Positions 13,482-24,479 of a DNA stretch of 64,000 nucleotides are shown piece after piece; positions within the stretch are counted from its first letter, which is position 1, and the number at the start of each line of letters is the position of its first letter. Both the position numbers and the translations under genes were made by a program. The DNA lies in contig JAQFVV010000011.1 of the NCBI GenBank assembly GCA_028023455.1, forward strand, positions 3,038,001-3,102,000, in the 5' to 3' direction. The notes below the pieces were generated by a model that was not told where the DNA came from, did not search any database, and saw nothing but the letters and a program-made list of their open reading frames with translations. The stretch is from Epiperipatus broadwayi. Taxonomy: Eukaryota > Animalia > Onychophora.

Positions 13482-13728
13482 GCAACTCTCTCCACGCATT
13501 AGTGCTACTTAATGCAAGCTATGGTAATAAGCAATTGCAGAATGTCTGTGCATTTAAATTGCTATCTAGTGTCTGCCATCCAATATCCCCAGACTAGTTC
13601 CTAGTTTATGAGTATCATGAGTTAAAAAGTCTTGGATTTGGTATAGGGATTTAAATACAGGAATTTTTTGGCATCTACTGATTTCTGTAGCTTGCACTAG
13701 GTGTCACTATTGTATGGAGAGAATTTTT
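13482..13728. mobile_element. Family A element, degenerate fold-back
   Basis: Antisense copy 13482-13640 with a decayed hammerhead core, followed by a sense 3' segment 13645-13728. Confidence 0.65.
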
Positions 13729-13734
13729 ACATAA

Positions 13735-14040
13735 ATGTTTGAAAACAGAAAGGGTACATATAATGAAGTTATGGAAGAATAAATATGAAAAAAGTGATTA
13801 TACAGAAAGTGAATTATTGGTTTTTATGCTGGGTTTGGGAAAAGATAAGAGGGAATTAGATATTAAGGCTATAGAGTTGACAAAGATTATGTTGTGGAAA
13901 TGGGATGGAGCAGAATATGGGGAAACTTAGAGTGGGGAATGGAAAATTAAGTGGCTAACAGGTTTATCTGGACATAATTGCTCAGATATTCTTGACTTCA
14001 TTTAAGGAGAAGCCACAGTACATCACATAACATCACATCT
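13735..14040 (+). mobile_element. Family C repeat (probable LINE 3' end)
   Basis: ORF 13739-13930 (KLWKNKY..VFMLGLGKDKRELDIKAIELTKIMLWKW) is conserved in the minus-strand copy at 49.6-49.9 kb. Confidence 0.7.
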
Positions 14041-15549
14041 ACATCCTAATAGCTTGTAAAAAGAAAAGAAATAGTGGTCATATGATAATTTAATGGTTTA
14101 ATATCAACCTTTTTCTCTATACATGCATTTCATGAACAATTTCTCACTTAAGTGTATATCTAGAAGCATCAAATACTGGCACCTCCATATTCATAATGAC
14201 TGTATGACATTTTCCCATTACACATATATATACCTCAAATCCACACACTGTCTTAATGCTGTTATTACTTATTATTGTTACTAAAGTGGATTTGAAAAGG
14301 ACTTCAGGATAGTCAAAATGTAAGATTGTGTATACGTATATGTACAATAAAATGTTTTTTGCTAAAAAGTGTTAAATGTAGAGTGGATAAATTGCATTTA
14401 TATAAGATTTAATATGTAAACTTTAAATTAAACATACCAACAATGTTGACAAAGGTATGCTTACAAACATCAGCACTCCAAAAATAGGTGAATTCATTGT
14501 ATTCTTGTTCCATTGTTCAACATTTAGAGTCCTTTTAATATATAACCTACGATGAGCGTTATTTATTTTTTTTTGCTTACACACAATGAGCTATGTTTAA
14601 TTTAAAGTTTATATATATAAACTTAAATCTTTCAAATAAACTGCTGTTACACTATTTTTGAAAATGTTGAATCCCTATTAGCAGATTGAATTAAAGTTCC
14701 AAACTTTTGATTGGTCAATTATATTTACCTTTTAAAACTAAATTTATTTTAGTTTAGTTTTTAAAATGCAAATTAATATTAAATTATTAAAGTAAATGAA
14801 TGTTTTTAAATTTTTATTTATTTATTCATAATTGATGAAAATAATCTATTTTTTAAAAATAATTAATATTTCACAAATATTTTCTGGAAAAATAATGTGT
14901 AAAAAAGTTTCTAAAACATAAGTTTTACCTTTGAAAATCAAAACAAAAAAAAAATAGAACTGTCAAAATCATTGACAGGCATTCTCTAGTGGAGTGAACA
15001 ATCAGCACCTTGGAAGGTGAGTTTATCTCAATGTTATAACACTAAATTTAAATATTATTAATTTATTAATTGTACATTTTTTTCAGGTGGTAGCATTATT
15101 CATTGCAATTTTTCCTCTGGAAAATCAACAACGTTAAAAATAACCATTAGATAATAAATTAACATAAACACATGGGCAACACATGAGTGTGGTCTATACT
15201 CAGAGAATGTTAATACATAATAGTAGCATATAGTAGAGATAGTTGCAAAGATCAAGTTATGTGTATGCAAACACACTACGTTCTCTTCCCAAGGATAAAT
15301 GGATGCAGCTAGGCAAAAGAATGCAATATAACATGATAAGATTTCAGCATGATTTTGAAAGTTTGTCATTCTTTATCATCATTTTTACACATGTTAACAC
15401 TTAAAAAAATTGAGCTATATTATTTATATATGAATAATAAATATTTTCCATGAAGGCATGCATTAGAAATAACATTTTTTGAATCACACTGGTATTGAGG
15501 TTAACTTTGATACCAACACTCTTATCACAATTTTTTTAGTATCTCAATA

Positions 15550-16088
15550 TGATAAATTTAAATGGCTTATGTATCTGTCAACATATTTTCTGATTTCCAA
15601 TTACCATATTTTTCTACTCATTCATAAATCTTCCTGCAAATTTTTCTATATATTTCTTTTTAACAACTCCTTTTTGGGTATCCCATTTTTCTTTTTTCAA
15701 ATGATATTCAATTTAATATTTATTTTGGAAATTTTTTTATTAAATTTCTCACATTCTTTTGTTGTATATATATTACTTCATTAATCTTACTGCTGAGCTT
15801 TGTCAGTAATCCATTTCTGAAATCATCAAGTCTCTTTCTATTCTTTTATTCAATTGTCACAACTTACTTGCATATGGAAAGATACTTTTCAGTACTGTGT
15901 CTTACATGCATCATTTATTGATTTTTGATATATTATGATCTCAGAATATTCTATTATCATTGCCATACTTTTTTTATTCTATATATTTTTTCTTTTATAG
16001 CTTTATCCATTGTTCTTTTTCATATGATCTTTATGCCTAGACATCACATTCTCCAATCCATTGTTCATTGCCCAACATACTATCATGT
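15550..16088 (-). mobile_element. RTE-clade LINE, decayed 3' half (continues from 18440-20290)
   Basis: Frameshifted motifs KTVLKSIFPYAS, EMDY*QSSA and KRKMGYPKRSW match RTE SILxYGSEVW, EMDYWRRS and RKRGRPKRSW. Confidence 0.7.
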
Positions 16089-16094
16089 TAAATT

Positions 16095-17200
16095 TTTTCA
16101 GTAATACATATATATATAAAACAGCTATAAAAATATATATATTAATAATAATTATATATGAAAAGCCCTTTTCAGTACATGATTTTGTGCCCTTTTTAAA
16201 TGTTAAGTATCTGTTTTAATGTTAACCAATTATTGCAGATACAGCACCATCTAGTGTTCCATAATGTAAGTAAAATAACAATAACAAAATAAAACAGAAT
16301 AAAATTATGATAGAGACTTAATACAAGTTTAATGAATTGACTATATACCATATCAATATACAGAATAAATAATATATATGATATACAACTTTATATGTAC
16401 TATCTTATATAATTTTCCATTCATTTTTAATTGACCAGTTGTTAACTAAATTTATTGAAGTTTTATAAATATTCATGTAATTATTTAAATTATGCTTAAA
16501 AGAATATGTTTCACATATAAAGCAGATTTATCATTTCACCTATTAAATGCATTGTTATGTTATTTGGTTCTTACCCCTAAGTGTTTTCTTGCATGACTAT
16601 AGTAAATCATATTGTATATCACAATTAATTTTATATATAATTATTTTTTGTATTCTATATTGGCTTTTAATTTGTAATCACTTATTAATTTATTCAGACT
16701 ATTATTATTTGACCATCCAATATTTATATATTTATCAATTTTTGGTTTTTTATTAATGTGTTATAAATTTTGGGTTAATATTAAAGTTTGATCCAATTCT
16801 TATTTGAACCTATTATTACTATCACTGTTAAAATCATTTTGCATAGAAATATTATTTAATATAGATTTTTTAGAATTAAAAAATATATTTTTAATATTCT
16901 TTATATCCACAATCATTATATAATTTAATACACTGATTCTTTTGTAAATCAACCACATTTTTATGTGTATTATATTTATCGTTTCTGTATTTAAAATTTT
17001 TAATGACTACCATCTTTTGTACCCATGCTTGCTGTGAATCTATAGGTATATATTTTTCTTAATTTGTTTTCTTCAATAAAATGTTTTAATATAATTTTGT
17101 CATCACTATCTGTGTAAATTTCTATATCTAAATATTTAATTTTATCTTCAAATTCTACTTTTGAAAATGTAGTATTATATATCGATAGATAATTATAAAT
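16095..17200 (-). mobile_element. Decayed Penelope-like element (RT C-terminal region, GIY-YIG endonuclease, 3' region)
   Basis: Minus-strand translation across frameshifts gives KVEFEDKIKYLDIEI, IPIDSQQAWVQKM..KNFKYR and IYKINCD-YNMIY...RTK*HNNA..KSAL. These match the PLE FTxExE..FLD, IP..S.HP..QK and YKIxC..C..YIGQT..R.KEH motifs. Confidence 0.7.
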
Positions 17201-17222
17201 TAAGAGGCAATATAAAATACAA

Positions 17223-17801
17223 ATTATTTATCTTTTCAACATATATGTGTTCAAGTGTATCAGTGATATGAGATAGAGTGGTGAATGGTGGGTCATGTGA
17301 AAGTCTGTGTTCATATACCCTATACATTATATATATTGATACAGGTATATAATAGGCCTATATTTTAGTTTTTGCGTAGTAGAGATGTCTGCCCATCCCT
17401 TGTATATGTATTAAATGGATTATGCCCTGTACATGAGGGGTCAGATTGACTTTAGGTCAACATGGCTGTACAAGAATCTCAGCCTCAGGGTGGCCTTTGA
17501 GCATTCTATCATCAGATTTTCAATTGGATGGATGGTTGAGGAGTTGGAATGTGGAGTGGATTGAAGTCTGTCCATTAAAGTATGAAGATTAGCTATCTTA
17601 ATATATATCTGAGCACTTATTGCATATATGTGTAGAGATGATAATCTGAACCAACTGATGATTGCTGGTTTATCATGAAATACGGATATTGCTGATTATT
17701 TATCTTTTCAACATATATGTGTTCAATTATATCAGTGATATGAGATAGAGTGGTGAGTGGTGGGTCATGTAAAAGTCTGAGCTCATATACCCTATACATT
17801 A
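17223..17801 (+). mobile_element. Family B hammerhead element: one 472-nt monomer plus 107-nt terminal redundancy
   Basis: Direct repeat starts at 17223 and 17695. Hammerhead core CUGAUGA at 17655-17661 and GAAA at 17677-17680. Confidence 0.9.
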
Positions 17802-17802
17802 A

Positions 17803-18430
17803 AAAAGAAATTGTATATAAAATTAATGGTGACCATTACAATATGATTTACTAGAAAAATACTGGGAACCAGATTAAAGAATCAAAGAACATAACAATGC
17901 AATTAATGGACAAGATGCATTCACTAATTAACACATGGACATAAAATAGATGCTACAAAAATATTAAACTTTTAAATTATATTAAAGATCCAAAAATAAA
18001 GCAAATATCTAAAACATATTACATTAAACATAACATATGACTATTTACAAAACTTCAATAAATTTAATTAATAGCTGTTTAATTAAAAATGAATGAATAA
18101 TTTTATAATTAAGTATATATAAAGTTGTATAGTGTATATATTATATTATTTATTCTGTGCATTGTTATGATTATATGGTCAATTCATTGAACATATGTTG
18201 AACCTTTACATTATAATTGGATTCTGTTTTATTTTGTTATTGCTGCTATTTTACGTTTATTATAGAACACTAGATGGTGTTCTATCTGCGATAATTGGTT
18301 AATGTTAACGTAGATGCTTAACCTTTGAAAAGGGTATAAAACCATGTACCAAAAAGACTTTTTATATGTAATTATTATTAATATATATATATAGCTGTTG
18401 TATATGATTATTATTGATTATAATTTATAT
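17803..18430 (+). mobile_element. Second Penelope-like fragment (GIY-YIG plus 3' region), inverted relative to 16095-16650
   Basis: Reads IVYKINGDHYNMIY...RIKEHNNAIN. It forms a diverged ~550-bp inverted repeat with 16110-16650. Confidence 0.7.
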
Positions 18431-18439
18431 GAAAGAACA

Positions 18440-20290
18440 GCATAATGTACTTTTGATGATATATATATTTGATTTTGTTATATTTACTTCCAGACCCTAT
18501 TTTGTATATTTCTGTATCAATTTTGAGCAAAATAGTTCAAATCATCATCATCAGCCTTGAAGAATGTATAGAATTCTAATTATTATGTAGCGGAATTCTG
18601 TTTCTTTGCATTTCCCTTTTCATATATTAAGGGCTTGCTCTAAATATATTTTAAATAATGTGAACAACAAACAACACCCCTCTTTGAATTCTTTATTTAT
18701 TATCCAAAATTATATTTCCAAGTTTTATTTTTGTGTATTGATTTTTACTGCATTTCTTATCTGCTTTATTAAACATATAATGTTTTTATTGGGATACTAT
18801 CATGCTTTTTAATGATTATATTTAAAAGAAATACTTTTGCTTTCTTGCCATCTTCTTTCTATTATAGGAGTCTTTCCTTTCTCTGACTTGTCACTTTATT
18901 TATATCATATATTTATATTCAACTTTATTTTTAGAATTTTGTCATGTATCTGACTCAATAAATTAATAATTGTCGTTCCTTTATAATTTTCACAACAATC
19001 TTTTCTGCTGCTTTTATGAATTATTATAATATGACAGTTTCCATTCACCAGTATTAACAGTCTTGAAACAACTCAGTTAAATGTTTAAGTAGCCTTTTAC
19101 TTTCATTTTGGACTAATTCAAATATAATTTCACTGGTCAAAAGTTTTCCTGTTTTGTACAATTATCTTTTCAGTATCTTTTAATGTAATAAGATATGCTA
19201 TCATTTTGCTTATTTTGTTCTTCATCCATCTTCTCAAATTCAATCCTAGTCTTGTTAAAAAAACTTTCAAAACATTATTTGCTTTCATTATTTGTAATTA
19301 GAGATATTTCATCTTTATTTTTTTCTTGTCTTAAACTCTTAAACATTCTCCAGCTTTCATAAATTGAATCAATCTTTTATAATAACATTTCATTGTTTAA
19401 TTTTTATTTTTATATTTTTTTTATACCTTTGCTTGAATTTACATATATATATTTAATTCTATCTTCCTTTATTTTAGAATTTAAATTTTTATAATTCATG
19501 TTTATTTTTCTGCTATCTAATTTTCAATCACCCGATTCCACTAATATGTTTTTTTTTTTTCTATATTAATTTTCTTTGTATATACCCAATGCTTCTCTTG
19601 CAATTGCATATATTCAATTTTTTATATAATGTTCTTCAATAGATTCATAGTTTTTTAATCGTAACTTTCACTTTAATCATAATCCATACAATCTCCCAAT
19701 ACACTCTTATTCTAAACCATATAAATTTATCTTTCTTCCTTTACTACTGTCTTGTTAACTAACCTATCAGTCCAACTTTGTTTCTGATGGAAACTTTAAC
19801 TTCTTTCTCCAAAATATGCTTACTACTAGATGATATTTCTCTGCATATTTTTCATAATTAGTACTTTAAAATTTGTATTCCGCTATATTATAATATAATC
19901 TGTTATAAATTTAAAGTTTTATGTATTTTGAATCCATGTGTATTTATAAATTCCTTTATGTAGATAAAAATTAATATCCTTAAACTGTTTCATTCATATA
20001 TATATTAATCAGACATATTGCATTATCATTTATCATATCTTCACCAAATTGTTCTATAGATTCTTCTTTTTCTACTTGTTTCTCCAATGTTATCCAAGCA
20101 ATACACTTTCTCTAGATATATTTAATTGTTCAAAAAATTCATTTTCTAATATTCACAGGAATGTTGTGATTCATACCACAAACCTTTAATATACTTATTT
20201 TCTGTCTATATTTAAACATATTCAATTTAATTAATCAATGCTTAATTGCTTCCCATATCATATATATGTTCTCAGACTCCTTGAGTCAAT
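18440..20290 (-). mobile_element. RTE-clade LINE, decayed 5' part (APE plus RT)
   Basis: Motifs EQFGEDMINDNA (APE), IHKSSRKDCCENYKG, KEGCCLLFTLFKIYLEQAL, ADD and GLEVNITKS. Confidence 0.8.
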
Positions 20291-22114
20291 ATTCTTACTC
20301 CTTACTGTGTGCTTTTATTTTTTGAAATAAAAATGATTATAATGTTAAAGGTTTTCTGAACCTTTTTTTGTTTTGTTTAGAAAACCAGATCAATCATCAT
20401 TTGTTCAATTTTGGTTATTTATTCATTTTATTTATTGGATAGACTTTTTGTATGTCATGTTCTATAAATATCATACCATTTACAACTTTACTAAAGACTT
20501 TATTCTAACAGTTTCGATCCGCACTGCAAGCATCATCAGAGATACAATATTCAAATATATTATTATACAATTAATACATTTTATACACATTCATTTTAAT
20601 CATGGTCATTAATATTCAATGCTTTTAGGAATATCAAGTAGTTTGTCCAATGCCTTAACCCCAAGCTGGGAGGATGAGAAATTCTGTATCAGAGTTGATA
20701 TCTTCTAAAACAACTGCTTTCATTGCTACTAGGATCTGTCCCATCTGTCAATATATACTATATTCAAACAATAATTTAAAATGTGCAAAGTTAATTTAAA
20801 TTGGCGCCTTTATTTCACAAATGAATGAAGTATTCAAATATTAATGAAGTAAATAAATTGAATATCTTTTAAATTATAAATAGAATTTTAAAAGAATAAC
20901 ATGCTAACGCTAAACCGACAACTATATAAACTAATTATACATTGACTTACATTTAAATTCTGATGACGGATGTAATACTGAAATCAAAAATTTCTATGCA
21001 TTGGCTATATGTCCATAAACCCTGTTAAACCAGGTTTAACATTCTCGCTCTCTCAAAACACTTAATAATCCAAATTCAAATTTAGATACATTTGTTTATT
21101 TGTACATCGACGGAATTAAATACTATGTGGTGTTGCAAATTTATCAAAAACTGGATAATTTTAAAATATGTTGTTGTATAATTTGTTTAAAAAATAGATA
21201 AATTAAAAATATTGCAAGTAAAGACTCTCGTTAATGGAAAGTCTGATAAATTGTTTAACCAATGGTTATAAGGAGAAAATGATTTTATTCATATAACTGA
21301 AATCTTATTTCATTTTCTTAAAATAATTCTATTTTTAATATTATTAATAAGAAAAAAAAACAAAAAACAAATCAACATTTATGATTTAAATTTTCAACAA
21401 CAAAAGAAAAAGCTTTCAAATCAGATTAAATAAATGATTAATGATTACGGTTCTAAAATTATAAAATGACTATATAATTTATATTCACATTTACAAGTTT
21501 TAAAAATTAAATATTTATGCGACTTCAAATAAATTATGGGAATCCCCCAGCTTCATTTTTAAAATATATTTTTCTAAACTTTAGAAATTGAAAAAGGAAA
21601 AAATATAAAAAGAAAATTTGAATGAAATATATTTCAGTTTTTAATAACCATAAAACATTTTCTTTGACGGTCTATAAATATTTGATTACATTAATATAAT
21701 CTTCAAAGCACTGTTTTTTTAAATGTATACTAATTACAATTTATATATATAAAATAGATTTGCCTTGTGGTAAAATTATAGCACATCGCTTACAATTTTA
21801 CAACCTGCGGTTGAATATAAGTCAGTTAAATCTATGTTCCAATCAGATAAAGGATTTTTCTCACAATAGTTAGTCCATAGTCAAATCAGTCAACCAAACA
21901 TTATATGTTGGTGAAGGAATATTTAAGTATATTTTAACTAGAGAGTAAAACAATGATAGAAAAAACACACAAGTCCTCATCTTATAGCAGTTGATGAAAT
22001 AATGCCTTTTTAAAAAATATTTTCTCTATAAGCGACTGTTAAAAAGCTTTTGCCCAGGAATAAGCTATTTAAACTCCAACTTATTTTATCTTTTAAAACC
22101 CATAAATATTATTA

Positions 22115-23055
22115 ATCATCATCATCATCAACCATTATCAATCCACTGCAGGATGAAAGTCTCTCCAAATTCAATCCAACTTCTCCGATCTTTAGCTTCT
22201 CTTCTCATCATCCCTGCACACTTTTTTATTTCATCCAGCCATCTCACGTGTGGTTTCCTTCTGGGTCTTTTGCAACCTCTTGGCTTCCAGTTTAAGATTT
22301 CAATTGTCCATCTATTATCATCTCTTCTAGCAATATGTCCAGTCCAACTCCACTTCAGTCTTTTAATTTTTTCAATAAGGTCAGTAACACCTGATTGTTC
22401 CCTTACCCATATATTGCGTTTTTGATTTCTTCTTGTTACTCCCAACATGCATCTCTCCATACTTCTTTGAGTGATCTGAAATCTCTGTATTGCTCTTCTA
22501 TTAAGTGTCCAAGTCTCAGATCCATAAGTAAGAACTGGTAAAACACATTTATTAAAAACCTTCCTTTTCAAACACATAGGCATATTTCCTTTTAATATCA
22601 AGTTATTTCTATCAAAAGTATTCCAACCAAGCTTAATTCTATGATTAATTTCATCCGTTATGCTTCTATCTGTATTAATAATCTGACCAAGGTATTTGTA
22701 GCTGTTAACTTCTTCTAACTCATCATAGCCAATCTTTATTTTCATATTTTGAGAAAATCCATTAAACATTACTTTAGACTTTTTAATATTTATCTTTAGT
22801 TCTACTTTCCTACGTTCATCTGATAACTTGTGCAACATTTCCTGCAGTTCTAAAGCATTATTTGCAAAAACAACTAAATGACTTAAATAATCTCCATTTA
22901 CTTTCACTCCTTTAGATTCCCATTTTAATCCACAAACTACTACTTGCAGCACTGCTGTAAAAAGTTTTGGAGATATGGAGTCACCCTGTCTTACACTCTT
23001 CTCAATGTTGACTTTCCTAGTATCATTATGCAACCTAATTGTTGCTGTTGCATTT
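22115..23055 (-). mobile_element. 5'-truncated RTE (BovB-like) LINE with (TGA)n tail; 301-codon ORF lacking the catalytic FADD motif
   Basis: ORF 22128-23033 has VRQGDSISPKLF, YKYLGQ, LPVLTYGSETW, GHIARRDDNRW and RPRRKPHVRW. The (TGA)n tail is at 22115-22130. Confidence 0.92.
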
Positions 23056-23393
23056 TTATTAGTAAAAGATTATCAATATTTTTTAAGACTGCAACTTTTC
23101 TGGTTTTCCCATCTACATAATCCAACCTTAGGTGATTATCTTTCCAATCTACATATTTAAAATTTAATATAATTTAAAATGATTTTTAAAAAGTTTGCCA
23201 AACTATTTACTAGTAAAAATATTCCATGTAACTGTACAAATAAATGAATAATTTGTGTGCAAAGGTTTTAATAATTTGTTGTTATACTGTATTTTTATCA
23301 AAGGTTGTATGGTTAGTGAATCTGTCTGCTATATCTATGATCTGGATTGCAAATGTGGCTGAATGTTGAAATTTTATGTTCAATAGATGAGAA

Positions 23394-23512
23394 ATTTTTT
23401 TTTTTTCATATGTCATAGCATCGGCTGGGATGCGAACCCCCAACCATCTGCAACCAACTACTTGCTTGCAAGGTAGCTGCGATGACCTCTCGGCTAACAA
23501 TGCTTGCCGAAT
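23394..23512 (-). mobile_element. tRNA-Gly-derived short SINE (long-insert subfamily)
   Basis: GCATTGTTAGCCGAGAGG...GGTTCGCATCCCAGCCGATGCT-ATGACATATG-(A)n, with A and B boxes. TSD ATAGATGAGAA at 23383-23393 and 23513-23523. Confidence 0.85.
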
Positions 23513-24147
23513 ATAGATGAGAAGTTGAAAGCAAGCCTAGGATTTTTTCTGCAGGAAATTAAATCCAAATAGCTATAAAATTAATGATCAGTAAATGGAT
23601 AACCAGCTATTCTTAACTGTTGAATAAAAATTCCAGATTAGTCTGAATTTGTCAAACGAATGTTACTAATCTGAATATAAACAAAAATTTGATTATAATA
23701 TGTTGTAGACTAGACCACAAGTGAAAAAGATGTTATGTTCCTACAGGCAGTAAGACTACAATTTACCTTTATCTTTTTTCATCTGTACATCATGATACTT
23801 TATATTCTGTGGGCATTAATGAAACTTTTAAATACTGTCATCTGAAAAAGAAACCACCTGATTATAATCTGAAAGTGGATGTTTTATTGAATAAACCAAG
23901 AGTCTGTACAAGGCATGCTTTATATTTCTGAATACTAAGATGAATTTCACCAAAAAGATCAAACATAATTTGAAAAAAAAAAAATTATGGAACAGATAAA
24001 ATCTTACATAGAAAAGTTTTATCAAATTTAACCCCCAGGTCAAAAGAGAGTAACTTTTACTAACTTTTATCAACCGCAATAAATAATCACAATAACAACA
24101 TTATGGGATGTTCTCATATGCTTCTAATATAATAGTTTCCTTCACTC

Positions 24148-24258
24148 TATACTAATGCTATCTAGTGTAAGCTTGAGTAATCAATGGATGCCAGATAATA
24201 TAATGTTATAAAATGCTTTCTGGTTTTTATCTTCATCAGTGAAGATTAGAATTCAAAG
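24148..24258 (-). mobile_element. Family A' hammerhead element, internally deleted
   Basis: ucuuca-CUGAUGA(24239-24233)-agauaaaaacca-GAAAG, with helix III deleted. The 3' end is shared with family A. Confidence 0.65.
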
Positions 24259-24479
24259 CCCCCAACAAAAATTTTTTAAGATTTTTAATCTGAGCTAATA
24301 AACAAAGGTTGCAAACAGAATAGGAGTTCATTTATTACTAAAGAATGCTCATGATCTAGGATTCAAATTTTGTTGTTGCTCACAGACATTTTCAGGTAGT
24401 TGAAGATGTTTAATTAAGCAAATGTGGTATATGTTCAGGTAGCTGATATATAATGAACTGAGAAAGATATGCAGTATTA

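Noticed and set aside
15087-15369. Hydrophobic 89-aa minus ORF and a plus-strand SSGKSTT Walker-A look-alike
   Set aside because: The P-loop lacks the first Gly and is followed by a stop. Hydrophobic ORFs are expected in AT-rich DNA.
20960-20992. CUGAUGA...UGAAAU hammerhead-like motif
   Set aside because: Helix III and the NUH site are absent. At best a decayed remnant, so it was not counted.
21023-21041. Perfect palindrome TGTTAAACC-A-GGTTTAACA
   Set aside because: Single occurrence with no supporting context.
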